From positions 3,114,794-3,178,793 of the forward strand of contig CBDFJF010000001.1 in assembly GCA_965248265.1 (NCBI GenBank): a stretch of 64,000 nucleotides of DNA. The letters are read 5' to 3'. Source of the DNA: Candidatus Latescibacterota bacterium. Lineage in GTDB: Bacteria > Latescibacterota > UBA2968 > UBA8231. Numbering within the stretch: position 1 is the first letter of the stretch; every line of letters begins with the position of its first letter. Below the pieces are notes generated by a model. The model did not search any database, was not told the DNA's origin, and worked only from the letters and a program-made list of their open reading frames with translations. Positions 36,771 to 46,335 of the stretch are shown in pieces. The translations under genes were made by a program, and so were the position numbers.

Positions 36771-37925
36771 TCAGGCCAGGCGTTCGTAGAGTTTGCAGAT
36801 GCGTTCGGCGACGCGCCGGTAGTCGTAACGCTCCACCGTGCGGGTGTGGATGCGGTCCCGGTCGTAACGCGAATAGTTCTCGAGCATCGACTCGATCGCC
36901 GCTTCCAGTCCCGCCACGTCTGCCACTTCCACCAGCAGGCCTACTTCCGCGTCAATGGCCTCCTCAGGTCCGCCGCAACGGGTTGAAATAACCGGCAGTC
37001 CGGAGGCCATGGCTTCCAGCATGGCCAGGGGCAGACCCTCCGAGAAACTGGGCAGGAGAAAGACGTCGGCGTCTCGCATGTGGGCAGGGACCTCCGTCCA
37101 CGGCACCTCATCGAGGAATTCCACGCAGCCATCCAGACCCAACTCGGCACTCTGGCGGCGGAAGGTCTGCGCATCCCCGGTGAAGGGGTTGCTGCCGATT
37201 AGGGTCAATCGCCAGTCCGTGCGCCGCCGCCGCAGCCGCGCCAGGGCCTGCAACAGTACGCCGACGCCTTTGGCCTTCTCGAGGCGACCAAGGTACAAGA
37301 GGCGCCATCCATCTTCTCCGGGACGGCGCTCTTGGCCACCTTGGAACAGGGCACCGTCCACACCGTTGGGGACGACTTCGACCTTGGTAGCCGGGATTCC
37401 CAGGTCTACGATGCGCCGCCGCAAGTCCTGGCTAACGGCGATGACGAGGGCGGCCCCATCCATGGCTTCGACCACGAGTCGGCGCCAGCTTGCCTTATTC
37501 TGGGCAAGGTCCTTGATGTCGTGGCCGTGAACGGTAATGACCACCGGGCGGTTGATGCGCCGGCCGTATTCGACGGCGGCGCGGCCATCAGGGTACGCGC
37601 AATGAGCGTGGATGACATCCGGCACGATTGTGGTCGTTCGCAGCAGTGCTGCGAGGTAGGAGCGCCAGGCACGCCCGAGCAGGATGCGGCGAGGCAGGGT
37701 CACGTAGCGCGGCCGCAGTACCTCGACTCCATCGCGTAGTTCCTGGGCAGGCACATCGCCGTAAGCGCTCCAACGGCCCCATCCCGGCAGGGGGAACCAC
37801 GGAGTCGGGGCCACGACCCGAAGATCGCAGTGGGCTTGCAGGAAGCGCACCTGGTTGTGCACGAAGCTGCCGTAGATCTGCGACAGCGGTCCCGGGTATA
37901 GATGGGAGGCAACCAGAACGTTCAC
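36771..37925 (-). CDS. GT4 glycosyltransferase (TuaC-like)
   Basis: SHLYP, DVIHAH..YPDG, ITVHG.D, VPNGVD, KGV, PSFSEGLP...LEAMASGLPV. Start is GTG 37925 or TTG 37931. Confidence 0.88.
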   Translation of the reverse strand: MNVLVASHLYPGPLSQIYGSFVHNQVRFLQAHCDLRVVAPTPWFPLPGWGRWSAYGDVPAQELRDGVEVLRPRYVTLPRRILLGRAWRSYLAALLRTTTIVPDVIHAHCAYPDGRAAVEYGRRINRPVVITVHGHDIKDLAQNKASWRRLVVEAMDGAALVIAVSQDLRRRIVDLGIPATKVEVVPNGVDGALFQGGQERRPGEDGWRLLYLGRLEKAKGVGVLLQALARLRRRRTDWRLTLIGSNPFTGDAQTFRRQSAELGLDGCVEFLDEVPWTEVPAHMRDADVFLLPSFSEGLPLAMLEAMASGLPVISTRCGGPEEAIDAEVGLLVEVADVAGLEAAIESMLENYSRYDRDRIHTRTVERYDYRRVAERICKLYERLA

Positions 37926-37935
37926 GGTCAAGCCT

Positions 37936-39096
37936 TCATAGGGCGGCGTCCAAAGCCTGCACGATGGCCGCGGTGGCCTGCTGCGGATCGCATCCGTTCC
38001 GGCGCCATGCCTCGACACCGGGATAGTAGCGCTCGAGGTTGGCGACAACCCGGGCGATGGCCCGGGCAAGGCTCTTGGGGTCGTTGGGGGGCACCAGTTC
38101 GCCGTTGACACCAGGACGCACCATTTCGGGCAGACCGCCCACGTCCGTGGTCACTAGGGGCAGACCCGCCGCCGCGGCCATGGCCGCAACACCACTCTGG
38201 GCTGACCACCTATATGGAGTTACTACCAGGCTGGCGGCCTGCAGGAAACCTCTCAGATGGTCGTAGGAATAGCGCTGCCAGTGACACCAGCAGCGCGGGG
38301 CGAGTCCAAGGTCGGCCAGATGGGCTTCGATGCGTGCGGGTTGATCACCGGCCGTCGTCGGAGATACCAGCAACAGGCGCCATTCAGGCAGGGAATCCTG
38401 TAGCGCGGGCAAGGCTGCCAGCAAATCATCCAAGCCTTGCTCCGGCCGCATGTTCGACAGAAAAGCAATCACCGGCGCGCCATCGGCCCAAGCCGTCAGA
38501 CGTCCGACCAGATCTTCGTCTACCTGGTACCGATCGAGCAGGGGCTGGAAGTGAGGATGGTTAAATCGTCGCAAGCGATCTGAAGGCACGTTGTACAGCT
38601 GGCGCATCAGATCCTGCGTGTACTCGTTCATGGTGAGGATGCCGGCCGCCTTGCGATAGAAGCCCCGGTATCGTCTTGCGTTCGAGCGTTGCTGGTCAGT
38701 GGCAATGCTCTGGTACGGTTTGTGGACGAGGACGACGGGGGCAATGCCGCGACGCTTCAACAGGCCTAATCCCCAGGTGTCGATCCGCGACAGCATCAGG
38801 TTGCTTGATATGATCGCCGAGCGTACGCCCGCCTGCCGGGCGTGACGAGCCGCCGCCAACCAGTCGAAGGGATAGGAAGTGCACAGACGCAGGCTGGCGG
38901 ACAGATCGTCCTTCAGTCTGGTCGGTACGACGGGTACGCGGTTAAAGGGTTGCCACTCAATCCCGGAGGGAGGAAGAAAAGCCCGACGGGCATTGGCACG
39001 GATGACGACCTCGTGCCCCCCCTCCTGCAGGACGATGGCCATCAAATTGAGGAACTGCGGGTTGGTGTTGAGCGGGTCTATCCACAGTATTTTCAT
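37936..39096 (-). CDS. GT4 glycosyltransferase
   Basis: PY..SAQSGV...A.A.GLPLV.TDVGGLPE.V..G.NG.LVPP.D. Confidence 0.82.
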   Translation of the reverse strand: MKILWIDPLNTNPQFLNLMAIVLQEGGHEVVIRANARRAFLPPSGIEWQPFNRVPVVPTRLKDDLSASLRLCTSYPFDWLAAARHARQAGVRSAIISSNLMLSRIDTWGLGLLKRRGIAPVVLVHKPYQSIATDQQRSNARRYRGFYRKAAGILTMNEYTQDLMRQLYNVPSDRLRRFNHPHFQPLLDRYQVDEDLVGRLTAWADGAPVIAFLSNMRPEQGLDDLLAALPALQDSLPEWRLLLVSPTTAGDQPARIEAHLADLGLAPRCWCHWQRYSYDHLRGFLQAASLVVTPYRWSAQSGVAAMAAAAGLPLVTTDVGGLPEMVRPGVNGELVPPNDPKSLARAIARVVANLERYYPGVEAWRRNGCDPQQATAAIVQALDAAL

Positions 39097-39360
39097 AAAT
39101 TACCCAGACCGGCAGCCGAGAACCGGTGCTGGTGGACGAGAGTCTGGAGTGAGGCCAAAAAATAACCACATGGCACACAGCGGGAAAGCGTTAGCAGCTC
39201 AGCCAGGGACACCACCACTGCGCGTCTTTCGCTGACCCTTATGTTTAGGGGTGGTGTGTATGGGCATGTGAATGCGGTGCGGTCATTTAATCAGGAAGAA
39301 AGAGTCATAGTACGTTGAGTCTGAGACACGATATCGAACGACGGAGCGCGAGCTGACCCG

Positions 39361-40515
39361 ATGACGACGGTTTTCTGGGTTTGCGCTGGGCTTCTCGTCT
39401 ACACCTATTTTTTGTATCCCGTGTTGTTGTGGCTGTTCACGGTGGGCAGGAAGGTCTCGAGGCCTGACGCACCGGTCGAGTGGCCAACCGTCTCCGTCAT
39501 CATCGCCGCTTACAATGAAGCGCCCGTCATCCGCGACAAATTGGAAAATGCGCTGTCGATGGACTATCCGGAGGAACGGTTACAGATCGTCGTTGTCTCC
39601 GACGGCTCCGACGACGGCACGGATGAAATCGTGAAGGAGTTCGCCGAACGTGGCGTTGTCCTTGAGCGCATGGCAAACAGGTCCGGCAAAACGGCTGCCC
39701 AGAACGCCGGGGTCAACAGGGCCGACGGAGACATTCTCGTGTTCTCGGACGCCAACAGCATGTATGACTCATCGGCGCTCAAGGAGCTGACGCGTGCACT
39801 CGCGGATGCCTCCGCTGGATGTGCCTGCGGAGAGCTCACCTATCTCAACCCGGAAGATCGCTCCGCGGGGAGGGGTGAAGGCTTGTACTGGCGTTACGAG
39901 CAGTTTCTCAAACGACGGGAGAGTGCCCTCGGTTCACTGGTAGGCGCGAACGGCGCGATCTATGCAATGCGCAAGGAACTATTCGAGGATTTGAAGCCAG
40001 ACATGATCAGCGATCTGGTAATGCCGTTGCGTGTCTGGCGTGGCGGCGCGCGCGTTGTCTATGTGCCCGAGGCTCTGGCTTATGAGAACACGACGCACAG
40101 CTTTGCCGAGGAGTTCCGCCGTCGCAAGCGGATAATCGCCCGCAGCCTGAACGGTCTGGTGTCGCAGATCGGCGTTTTGAATCCGTTCAAAGGGATGTTC
40201 GCTTTCCAAGTGTTGTCACACAAAGTGATTCGCTGGGCCGTGCCCTTTATTCTGATCACGGCCTTCGTTTCCAGCGGTCTGAGCATGACAGATCCTTTCT
40301 ACGCGACCATGTTCTGGATCCAGGTCGGCTTCTATGCCCTGGCCCTGTTGGGCGCTGTCGTACCGGATCGAATCGCCCGCCTGGGGTTTCTCTACGTGGC
40401 GACCTACTTCTGTGCCGTCAATCTGGGAGCTTTTTTCGGGGTGCTGAGTTTCATCGCAGGCAGCCGCTACGCTGTTTGGCAACCGACCCGGCGTTCAGAC
40501 GCTGAGGAAGAGTAA
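39361..40515 (+). CDS. GT2 glycosyltransferase (CESA-like, membrane-bound)
   Basis: AAYNEA, SDGSDDGT, GKTAAQN, FSDAN, YWRYE, GANGAIYA.R, EF.RR.RI. Confidence 0.88.
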   Translation: MTTVFWVCAGLLVYTYFLYPVLLWLFTVGRKVSRPDAPVEWPTVSVIIAAYNEAPVIRDKLENALSMDYPEERLQIVVVSDGSDDGTDEIVKEFAERGVVLERMANRSGKTAAQNAGVNRADGDILVFSDANSMYDSSALKELTRALADASAGCACGELTYLNPEDRSAGRGEGLYWRYEQFLKRRESALGSLVGANGAIYAMRKELFEDLKPDMISDLVMPLRVWRGGARVVYVPEALAYENTTHSFAEEFRRRKRIIARSLNGLVSQIGVLNPFKGMFAFQVLSHKVIRWAVPFILITAFVSSGLSMTDPFYATMFWIQVGFYALALLGAVVPDRIARLGFLYVATYFCAVNLGAFFGVLSFIAGSRYAVWQPTRRSDAEEE

Positions 40516-40521
40516 GGCAGC

Positions 40522-41976
40522 ATGTCGCGGATCCAGGAAAAGCTCCTGCTCGCGCTCGTCGACTTCATCGCCATCAACCTGGGGACGATGTTGCTGCTGT
40601 GGACGAAACACGTTGGCGGCATCCTTCGCAGCGCCGAACAGGCATGGCAACAGACGCATGGCACAGACGCCTCTCCCTCCTTCTTCTTCGTAGTCGAGTT
40701 CTACAGCTTGGCCGTCGGCCTCATTTATTTGTTGTGGCTCATCCTGTTCGTCTCCTTCGGGCTTTACAGAACGCCTCGCATCGCATCCCGCTTTGATGAA
40801 GTGATCGCCGTGCTCAAGGTGATCTCCGTGGGCACTGTACTGTTCATGATTGCCACCCTGGACAGCAGCGGTCTTTCGTTCACGCGAGCGCTGATGGGGA
40901 TGTACTGGCTGCTGTTGTTTGGCCTCGTAGCCGGTGGTCGCTTCGCCCTGACCAGCGTCCAGAAATACCTCATCGTCAGCGGAATTGGCCGCCGCCGGGC
41001 CGTCATCGTGGGAAGCGAAGTGCGAGGTGTTCGGTTGTTGCATTCGCTGCGTGAAGCGCCAGCGGAGGGGTATGACATCGTCGGCTTCGTCGGGGCCAAG
41101 GAGGAGCACCCAGGTGGAGAGGTCGAGGGCACTCCGGTGTTGGGTGAGGAGCGCGATCTGCATGGAATTCTGACCAAGCATGAAATCGACAGTGTCTTGA
41201 TCGCACTGCAGTCCAACTCACACGAAGAGGTCCTTGAGATCGTGGAAACGGGACGAGGCCTTGCGGTCAGTTTCAGCATCACGCCCGATTTGTACGACAT
41301 CGTCATGGGACACGTGCGTACCAGTCAGATTCACGGCGTGCCGTTGATGGAGCTCAAGCCGCATTTGATGGCGCCGTGGGAGATGACGCTCAAGCGCGCC
41401 ATCGATTTCACGGTGGCGTCGGCCGTGCTGATCGGATTGCTGCCGCTGTGGCTGCTGATTGCCATTCTGATCAAACTCGACTCCAGGGGACCCGTGCTCT
41501 TCCATCAGGAACGTGTGGGAGAGAAAGGCCGGGTCTTTACCATGTATAAATTTCGTTCGATGGTAGAGGCCGCAGAGTCAAGCACAGGACCGGTCTGGGT
41601 TAGTGACGACGATCCCCGTATAACACGAATGGGACGTCTGCTGCGGATGCTGCATCTGGATGAGATACCACAATGCCTCAATTTCGTGAATGGCGATATG
41701 AGCCTGGTCGGCCCGCGGCCGGAACGGCCCTATTTTGTCGAGCGGTTTTCCAGAGAGATTCCGTTGTATGACCGTCGCTTTAATGTGAAACCGGGTCTTC
41801 TCGGGTGGGCACAGTCGAAGCACGAGTTCGATCTAAAGTCGAAGGAGTTTGCTCGCATCGCCGAGGAACGGCTGGAATACGACCTCTACTACATCGAGAA
41901 CATGTCTCTGGCACTCGATTTCAAGATCATGTTGAGAACGATCTGGTTCGTGCTGGCGGGCAAGAGCACCCGCTAA
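40522..41976 (+). CDS. Undecaprenyl-phosphate sugar phosphotransferase (WcaJ/WbaP family, priming transferase)
   Basis: N-terminal TM helices and CoA-binding-like domain. KRAID, GPVLF.QERVG, KFRSM, DPRIT, LDEIPQ, MSLVGPRPE, VKPG, DLYYI.N. Confidence 0.92.
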   Translation: MSRIQEKLLLALVDFIAINLGTMLLLWTKHVGGILRSAEQAWQQTHGTDASPSFFFVVEFYSLAVGLIYLLWLILFVSFGLYRTPRIASRFDEVIAVLKVISVGTVLFMIATLDSSGLSFTRALMGMYWLLLFGLVAGGRFALTSVQKYLIVSGIGRRRAVIVGSEVRGVRLLHSLREAPAEGYDIVGFVGAKEEHPGGEVEGTPVLGEERDLHGILTKHEIDSVLIALQSNSHEEVLEIVETGRGLAVSFSITPDLYDIVMGHVRTSQIHGVPLMELKPHLMAPWEMTLKRAIDFTVASAVLIGLLPLWLLIAILIKLDSRGPVLFHQERVGEKGRVFTMYKFRSMVEAAESSTGPVWVSDDDPRITRMGRLLRMLHLDEIPQCLNFVNGDMSLVGPRPERPYFVERFSREIPLYDRRFNVKPGLLGWAQSKHEFDLKSKEFARIAEERLEYDLYYIENMSLALDFKIMLRTIWFVLAGKSTR

Positions 41977-41978
41977 AG

Positions 41979-42018
41979 GTGTTCGCACTGAACATCCAGT
42001 GTTCGCACTGAACACCCA
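41979..42018. repeat. Two tandem 20-bp units, each internally palindromic, between convergent genes
   Basis: GTGTTCGCACTGAACATCCA / GTGTTCGCACTGAACACCCA (TGTTC-N5-GAACA). Confidence 0.8.
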
Positions 42019-42047
42019 GCTTCGCGGTGAGAGTTTCCCCGATTCGG

Positions 42048-43424
42048 TCAGCTCACTCGGACGACGCTGCCCTGTTCGCATTCAAGCCTGTGCCTGATGT
42101 CCTCATCGGTGAGATCGTTGGACGGCCAGCGTGGGGGAGGGACGTCGGCAAGGCGCAGCAGCAATCGGGCCAACTGCCCGGCATACTCCTTGAGCTCCCG
42201 AACGTTGATCTTGTCGACCGTGTCCGCAGGCTCATGGTGGAAATCGGAGTCAGCGTGGCGGCCGCGAAAGCGCCAGCGCCAGAGATGGGCGGCATCGATT
42301 CCAGCCCTGATAAAGGGAAAATGGTCTGAAGTGCCGTCGAGCTGGGCCATCACGTGGCAAGTCAGACTTTCCCCCATATCGTCGAACTGCTCCTGCACCA
42401 AAGGTCGCAAATGTGGAAAGGCCAACACCAGGCCTTTGATATGGCCCGTCGACAGCTCGTCGAGGTTGATGACCAGACGCGGACGTTGTGCCGACGCCTC
42501 AGCGTAGTTTGAGGCGACGAAGGCGGTAGAGCCCTGCAGGCTCTGCTCCTCGGCGCTGAAGGTGACAAAGCGGATCGAACGTCCGGGTGCCTGACCGGTA
42601 GTGTCACATAGCTCGGCAAGCAGGCGCGCGGTTTCCAGGACGACGCAGACTCCAGAGGCATTGTCGTTGCCTCCCGGGGTGTCGTACACCGTGTCGTGAT
42701 GGGCGCCGATGACCAAATGCTCCTGCGGCCACAGGTCCCCGGCAAGTTGTGCGCAGACGTTGGCTGTCGGTGCCTGGCTGGATTCGGTTTCCACCTTGAT
42801 TTCAAGCAAGTCTCCGATGCGCCTTCGCAACAGCGCACCCTGCTCCCTCGAGATCGTCGCCGTTGGCAGCGGCGGGTCGCGAAATCCGTCCTCACGCATG
42901 TCATGTGCCCACCGAAGCTCCGCTCGCCCGCCCGTCTTGGAGTCAATCATGAGGACGGCGGCAGCGCCGCGTGCGGCCAGATCCCGCAGCCGGTAGGGCA
43001 TGGGTATGGGGTCGGTGAAGGGCTGATACGCCAGCTCCATGAAGGCGACGGCGCCTTGCAGACCTCGATCGCAGGCGCTTTCCACCTCATACGGAGTGCC
43101 GAAACCGACATCGACTACGGGGGCGCGGACACTGAATGTGGGACAGCCGATGACGGGTACCAGCTCGATCGGCATCGCCTCGGGCAACAAGCGGGCCTCC
43201 GCTTCGCTGTGAGCCCAGGTGTGCAGAGCGAACTCCTGCAACTCCGGTGTCAGGCCGCATGTGGACAGCTGTGCGCATATGTAATCGGCGCACTGCCGCT
43301 CCGCCGCCGAAGACGCCCAGCGTGGTCCGATCAGGTCGCACAGTTGGGTCGCGTGCCGCTGGATGGTGGAACCGGTCCAGGCTTCTCCCATCAGCCAGCG
43401 GTCGGCATGGCGCCAATCCCTCAT
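42048..43424 (-). CDS. M28 family metallopeptidase with PA domain
   Basis: IGAHHD, GGNDNASG, FSAEE..L.GS, INLD, SDHFPF, HH...DT.D. Confidence 0.88.
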   Translation of the reverse strand: MRDWRHADRWLMGEAWTGSTIQRHATQLCDLIGPRWASSAAERQCADYICAQLSTCGLTPELQEFALHTWAHSEAEARLLPEAMPIELVPVIGCPTFSVRAPVVDVGFGTPYEVESACDRGLQGAVAFMELAYQPFTDPIPMPYRLRDLAARGAAAVLMIDSKTGGRAELRWAHDMREDGFRDPPLPTATISREQGALLRRRIGDLLEIKVETESSQAPTANVCAQLAGDLWPQEHLVIGAHHDTVYDTPGGNDNASGVCVVLETARLLAELCDTTGQAPGRSIRFVTFSAEEQSLQGSTAFVASNYAEASAQRPRLVINLDELSTGHIKGLVLAFPHLRPLVQEQFDDMGESLTCHVMAQLDGTSDHFPFIRAGIDAAHLWRWRFRGRHADSDFHHEPADTVDKINVRELKEYAGQLARLLLRLADVPPPRWPSNDLTDEDIRHRLECEQGSVVRVS

Positions 43425-43460
43425 AAATTCAGACCTCGCATTCGTACAAGGGTGTATTAC

Positions 43461-44270
43461 CTATAACACGTAGCCGGCCAAGATACCGAGGCCGAGCAGG
43501 ATACGGTAAAAGGCGAAAACGTGGGTCCCGTGTCGCTCGAGAAACCTCAGCAGCAGGCCGATGGACAGGTAACCGCTGACCGCCGCCACAAGGATACCGA
43601 CCGCGAGGGCGAGGATTTCCTGATCGCTGACGTCGGACTGAATGAGTTCGACGAGTTTGAACAGTCCGCTGGCCCCGATGGCTGGCAGGCCTAGTATGAA
43701 TGAGAAGCGGGCGGCGTCGGCGCGCCGCAAGCCGAGAAACAACCCACCCATTATCGTCGACCCGGAACGCGAAGCACCAGGAATGAGAGCCAGCGCCTGG
43801 CACAAGCCAATGATCTGGATAGGCCAGAAGCCCAGCTGGTCCAGGCTTTTGACTTGCTTGCCCACCCGTTCGGCCAGCAGCAGTGCGAGAGCCAGCGCGA
43901 TGAGGGCGGCCGCCACCACTTCAAGACTGCGAACATCGTTGTCGATCTGGTCCTTGAAAAGCAACCCCAGAATGCCGATCGGGAGTGTTCCCGGAATGAT
44001 CGACCAGGCCATGACCGAATCGCTGGAGTGGCGCAGGTTTCGATGGCGCAGACTGTCGATGGCGGCGACGAAGAGCCGGCGCATGTCGGCGGCGAAGTAG
44101 ACGAATACGGCTACCAGGGTACCGAGTTGAATCGCCGCTGAGAATCCGGACCCCGGATCGGGCCACTCCAACGCGGTGGGCACGATGAGCAGATGAGCGG
44201 TGCTGCTGATCGGCAGGAATTCAGTGAGTCCCTGGACGAGTCCAAGGACGATGGCCTGGAACAGGCTCAA
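43461..44270 (-). CDS. uppP: Undecaprenyl-diphosphate phosphatase
   Basis: GLVQGLTEFLPISSTAH, IQLGT, PGASRSGST, AARFSF, FAFYRI. Confidence 0.95.
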   Translation of the reverse strand: MSLFQAIVLGLVQGLTEFLPISSTAHLLIVPTALEWPDPGSGFSAAIQLGTLVAVFVYFAADMRRLFVAAIDSLRHRNLRHSSDSVMAWSIIPGTLPIGILGLLFKDQIDNDVRSLEVVAAALIALALALLLAERVGKQVKSLDQLGFWPIQIIGLCQALALIPGASRSGSTIMGGLFLGLRRADAARFSFILGLPAIGASGLFKLVELIQSDVSDQEILALAVGILVAAVSGYLSIGLLLRFLERHGTHVFAFYRILLGLGILAGYVL

Positions 44271-44364
44271 ACGCTACCTCGATTCAGAGAAAGAGCAGAT
44301 AGTACGCCCGCCGATTCTCTCTGACAAATGCTCGCGGTGAAGATACTCGGCCTGGGTACGCGAG

Positions 44365-44592
44365 TTACCCAATGGGCTTGCCGGTCGCCTGCTGTTCCAG
44401 GGCTGAAACAGGGGGCAGTCCGAGGTAGTATACACCCCGGACCTCACACACGACGCACACATGCTTCACGGCTGCTTCGTGCGGTTCCACCTCTCTCTCG
44501 CGATCCCCGTCACTGATCCAACCGCGTACGTATTCCGGCGTTGAAACGCTCTGGCAGATGTCGCATCGGTACCTATTGTTCGTCAGTTTCAT
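44365..44592 (-). CDS. Small putative zinc-binding protein (75 aa)
   Basis: ATG 44592 preceded by GGAGGG. MKLTNNRYRCDIC...HVCVVC gives two CxxC pairs. Confidence 0.6.
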   Translation of the reverse strand: MKLTNNRYRCDICQSVSTPEYVRGWISDGDREREVEPHEAAVKHVCVVCEVRGVYYLGLPPVSALEQQATGKPIG

Positions 44593-44846
44593 ACGGGCCC
44601 TCCGGGCGTGGCGCGCAGGTACCCCTTGATCAGCGGAGATGGCATATGGGAAGAGTATGCGTTGGGGGTGTGAGAGTGGCAGTCGCAAAAGGTGTACCGG
44701 TCCGAAGATGATGCCGGGGCCAGCCGATCTCAGAGAGGCTGAAGGACCTGAGCCATCCGAGGGCAGATAATGGGATGGATCCCGTGTGGCGATCTGGATA
44801 CAGCCGTGTGTGCCCGAGGTTACGGTGTAGAGATATCAGACGTGTT

Positions 44847-46004
44847 TCAGAAGCCGAGTTCCAGCTGGTCCCTGGTGTTGCGGCGGAAATGGTCGGTCGA
44901 AAGGGCGCGGGTCACGGCATCGTCGAACCCTTGACGCCGCCGGTTGATCTCGAAGAATTCCTTTATCATTTCCGCAAGTTGGCCATTGCCGCGCATGCGT
45001 GAGCCAAATTGCGGATCAGACAGATTGCCATCACGGACTTCGCGTATGCGGCTGATGACCTTGGCGGCGCGATCGGGGATGTTGCGCTCCAGCCAGTCAA
45101 TGAAGAGGGGGCGGACCTGACCGGGCAGGCGCACCATGATGTAGTTGGCCCACTGAGCGCCTCGATTGGAGCACGCCTTGAGAATGGAGGGGATCTCCTC
45201 GTCGTTGAGCCCGGGTATCAGCGGGGCCACGTTGACGCCGACGGGAATTCCCATGCTTGCCAGTGTATCGATGGCTTTCAGGCGCAGTTTGGGTCGCGAG
45301 GTTCTGGGTTCCAGAATCGACGTGAGTTCCGGGCGCAAGCTGGTGACTGAGAGGGTGACGTGGACGAGGTCGAGCCGGGCCAATTCCTGCAGCAGATCAA
45401 CATCGCGGGTGACGAGATGGTTCTTGGTGATGATGGTGACGGGATTGCGGAACTGCAGAAAGACCTCCAGACATTGCCGGGTCAGTTTAAGATGGCGTTC
45501 GAGCGGTTGGTAGCAGTCGGTGTTGCCGGACAGGGCGACGGTCTGCGGCTGCCACCCTTTCTTGTGAAAGGCCTCCTCGAGAAGCTGGGGAGCGTCCTCC
45601 TTGACCAGGATTTTGGTCTCGAAGTCGAGGCCGGCGGAGAATCCGAGGTACTCGTGGGTAGGCCGGGCATAGCAGTAAATGCATCCGTGCTCACAGCCGC
45701 GGTAGGGATTGAGGCTGAAGCGGAAACCGACGTCGGGACTGTCGTTCTCAGCCAGGATGGAGCGCGAGCTGTCGACGAAGTACTGGGTTGGCACACGGGT
45801 TCTCTCGCCGCCGTTCATCAGGTTGTCATCGAGGGACGGATCCAGTTCGACATGGAGTGTCTCGAACCGATTGGGCGTGTTGACGGCGGCCGATCGACCC
45901 TTGGGGGCTGGCAGAGCTCCGTTCGTGGATAGCTCAAGGACAGGCTCATCCATCGCGGTCTGATCGATCTTGGTCCGATCTGGATTCTGTGACGGCATGC
46001 TCAA
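44847..46004 (-). CDS. Radical SAM protein, PA0069/Rv2578c (SplB-like DNA repair) family
   Basis: KGR.A..N..NRFE, NDSPDVGF..SLNPYRGCEHGCIYCYARPTHEYLG.SAGLDFET, NTDCYQP.E, LEPR. Confidence 0.92.
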   Translation of the reverse strand: MSMPSQNPDRTKIDQTAMDEPVLELSTNGALPAPKGRSAAVNTPNRFETLHVELDPSLDDNLMNGGERTRVPTQYFVDSSRSILAENDSPDVGFRFSLNPYRGCEHGCIYCYARPTHEYLGFSAGLDFETKILVKEDAPQLLEEAFHKKGWQPQTVALSGNTDCYQPLERHLKLTRQCLEVFLQFRNPVTIITKNHLVTRDVDLLQELARLDLVHVTLSVTSLRPELTSILEPRTSRPKLRLKAIDTLASMGIPVGVNVAPLIPGLNDEEIPSILKACSNRGAQWANYIMVRLPGQVRPLFIDWLERNIPDRAAKVISRIREVRDGNLSDPQFGSRMRGNGQLAEMIKEFFEINRRRQGFDDAVTRALSTDHFRRNTRDQLELGF

Positions 46005-46335
46005 GCTGCCCGGTCTTCGGGTGTGAGTGATAACTGGTCCTGGCCACCGCTGGCGGAAGGCAGGCCGACGTAGCCTCCGAACACTCCTTCCATGGGCCAG
46101 GCGTCGGCGAGAACGAGGCCACGCCAGTTACCCGCTGCCTGCAGCTCTCCGCTGAGGATCAAGGAAGGCTGGATGAGTATGTCGTACAGTCTCTCTTGCA
46201 GCTTTGGGTGGACGACGCACTGAATGAACCCGGTCTCGTCTTCGATGGTCAGGAACATGAACCCCTTCGCAGTCGGTGGTCTCTGGCGCATGATAACGAG
46301 GCCGGCCATCTGGACGATCGGTCCGGTTTCTCCCC
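46001..46335 (-). CDS. dnaE2: Error-prone DNA polymerase DnaE2, only the C-terminal OB-fold remains (5' truncated at the phage junction)
   Basis: AGLVIMRQRPPTAKGFMFLTIEDETG matches the DnaE2 OB-fold motif. The stop overlaps the radical SAM start. Upstream sequence is phage coding on the opposite strand. Confidence 0.8.

Noticed and set aside
41979-42018. LexA-type operator (GTTC/GAAC half sites)
   Set aside because: It sits between two convergent 3' ends, not in a promoter, and the spacing matches no SOS box I know.
46224-46331. ORF-track start of the 334-aa phage ORF, and the 46336-46390 extension of the dnaE2 ORF
   Set aside because: Each is read-through across the junction into the other gene's antisense strand, not a real N-terminus.
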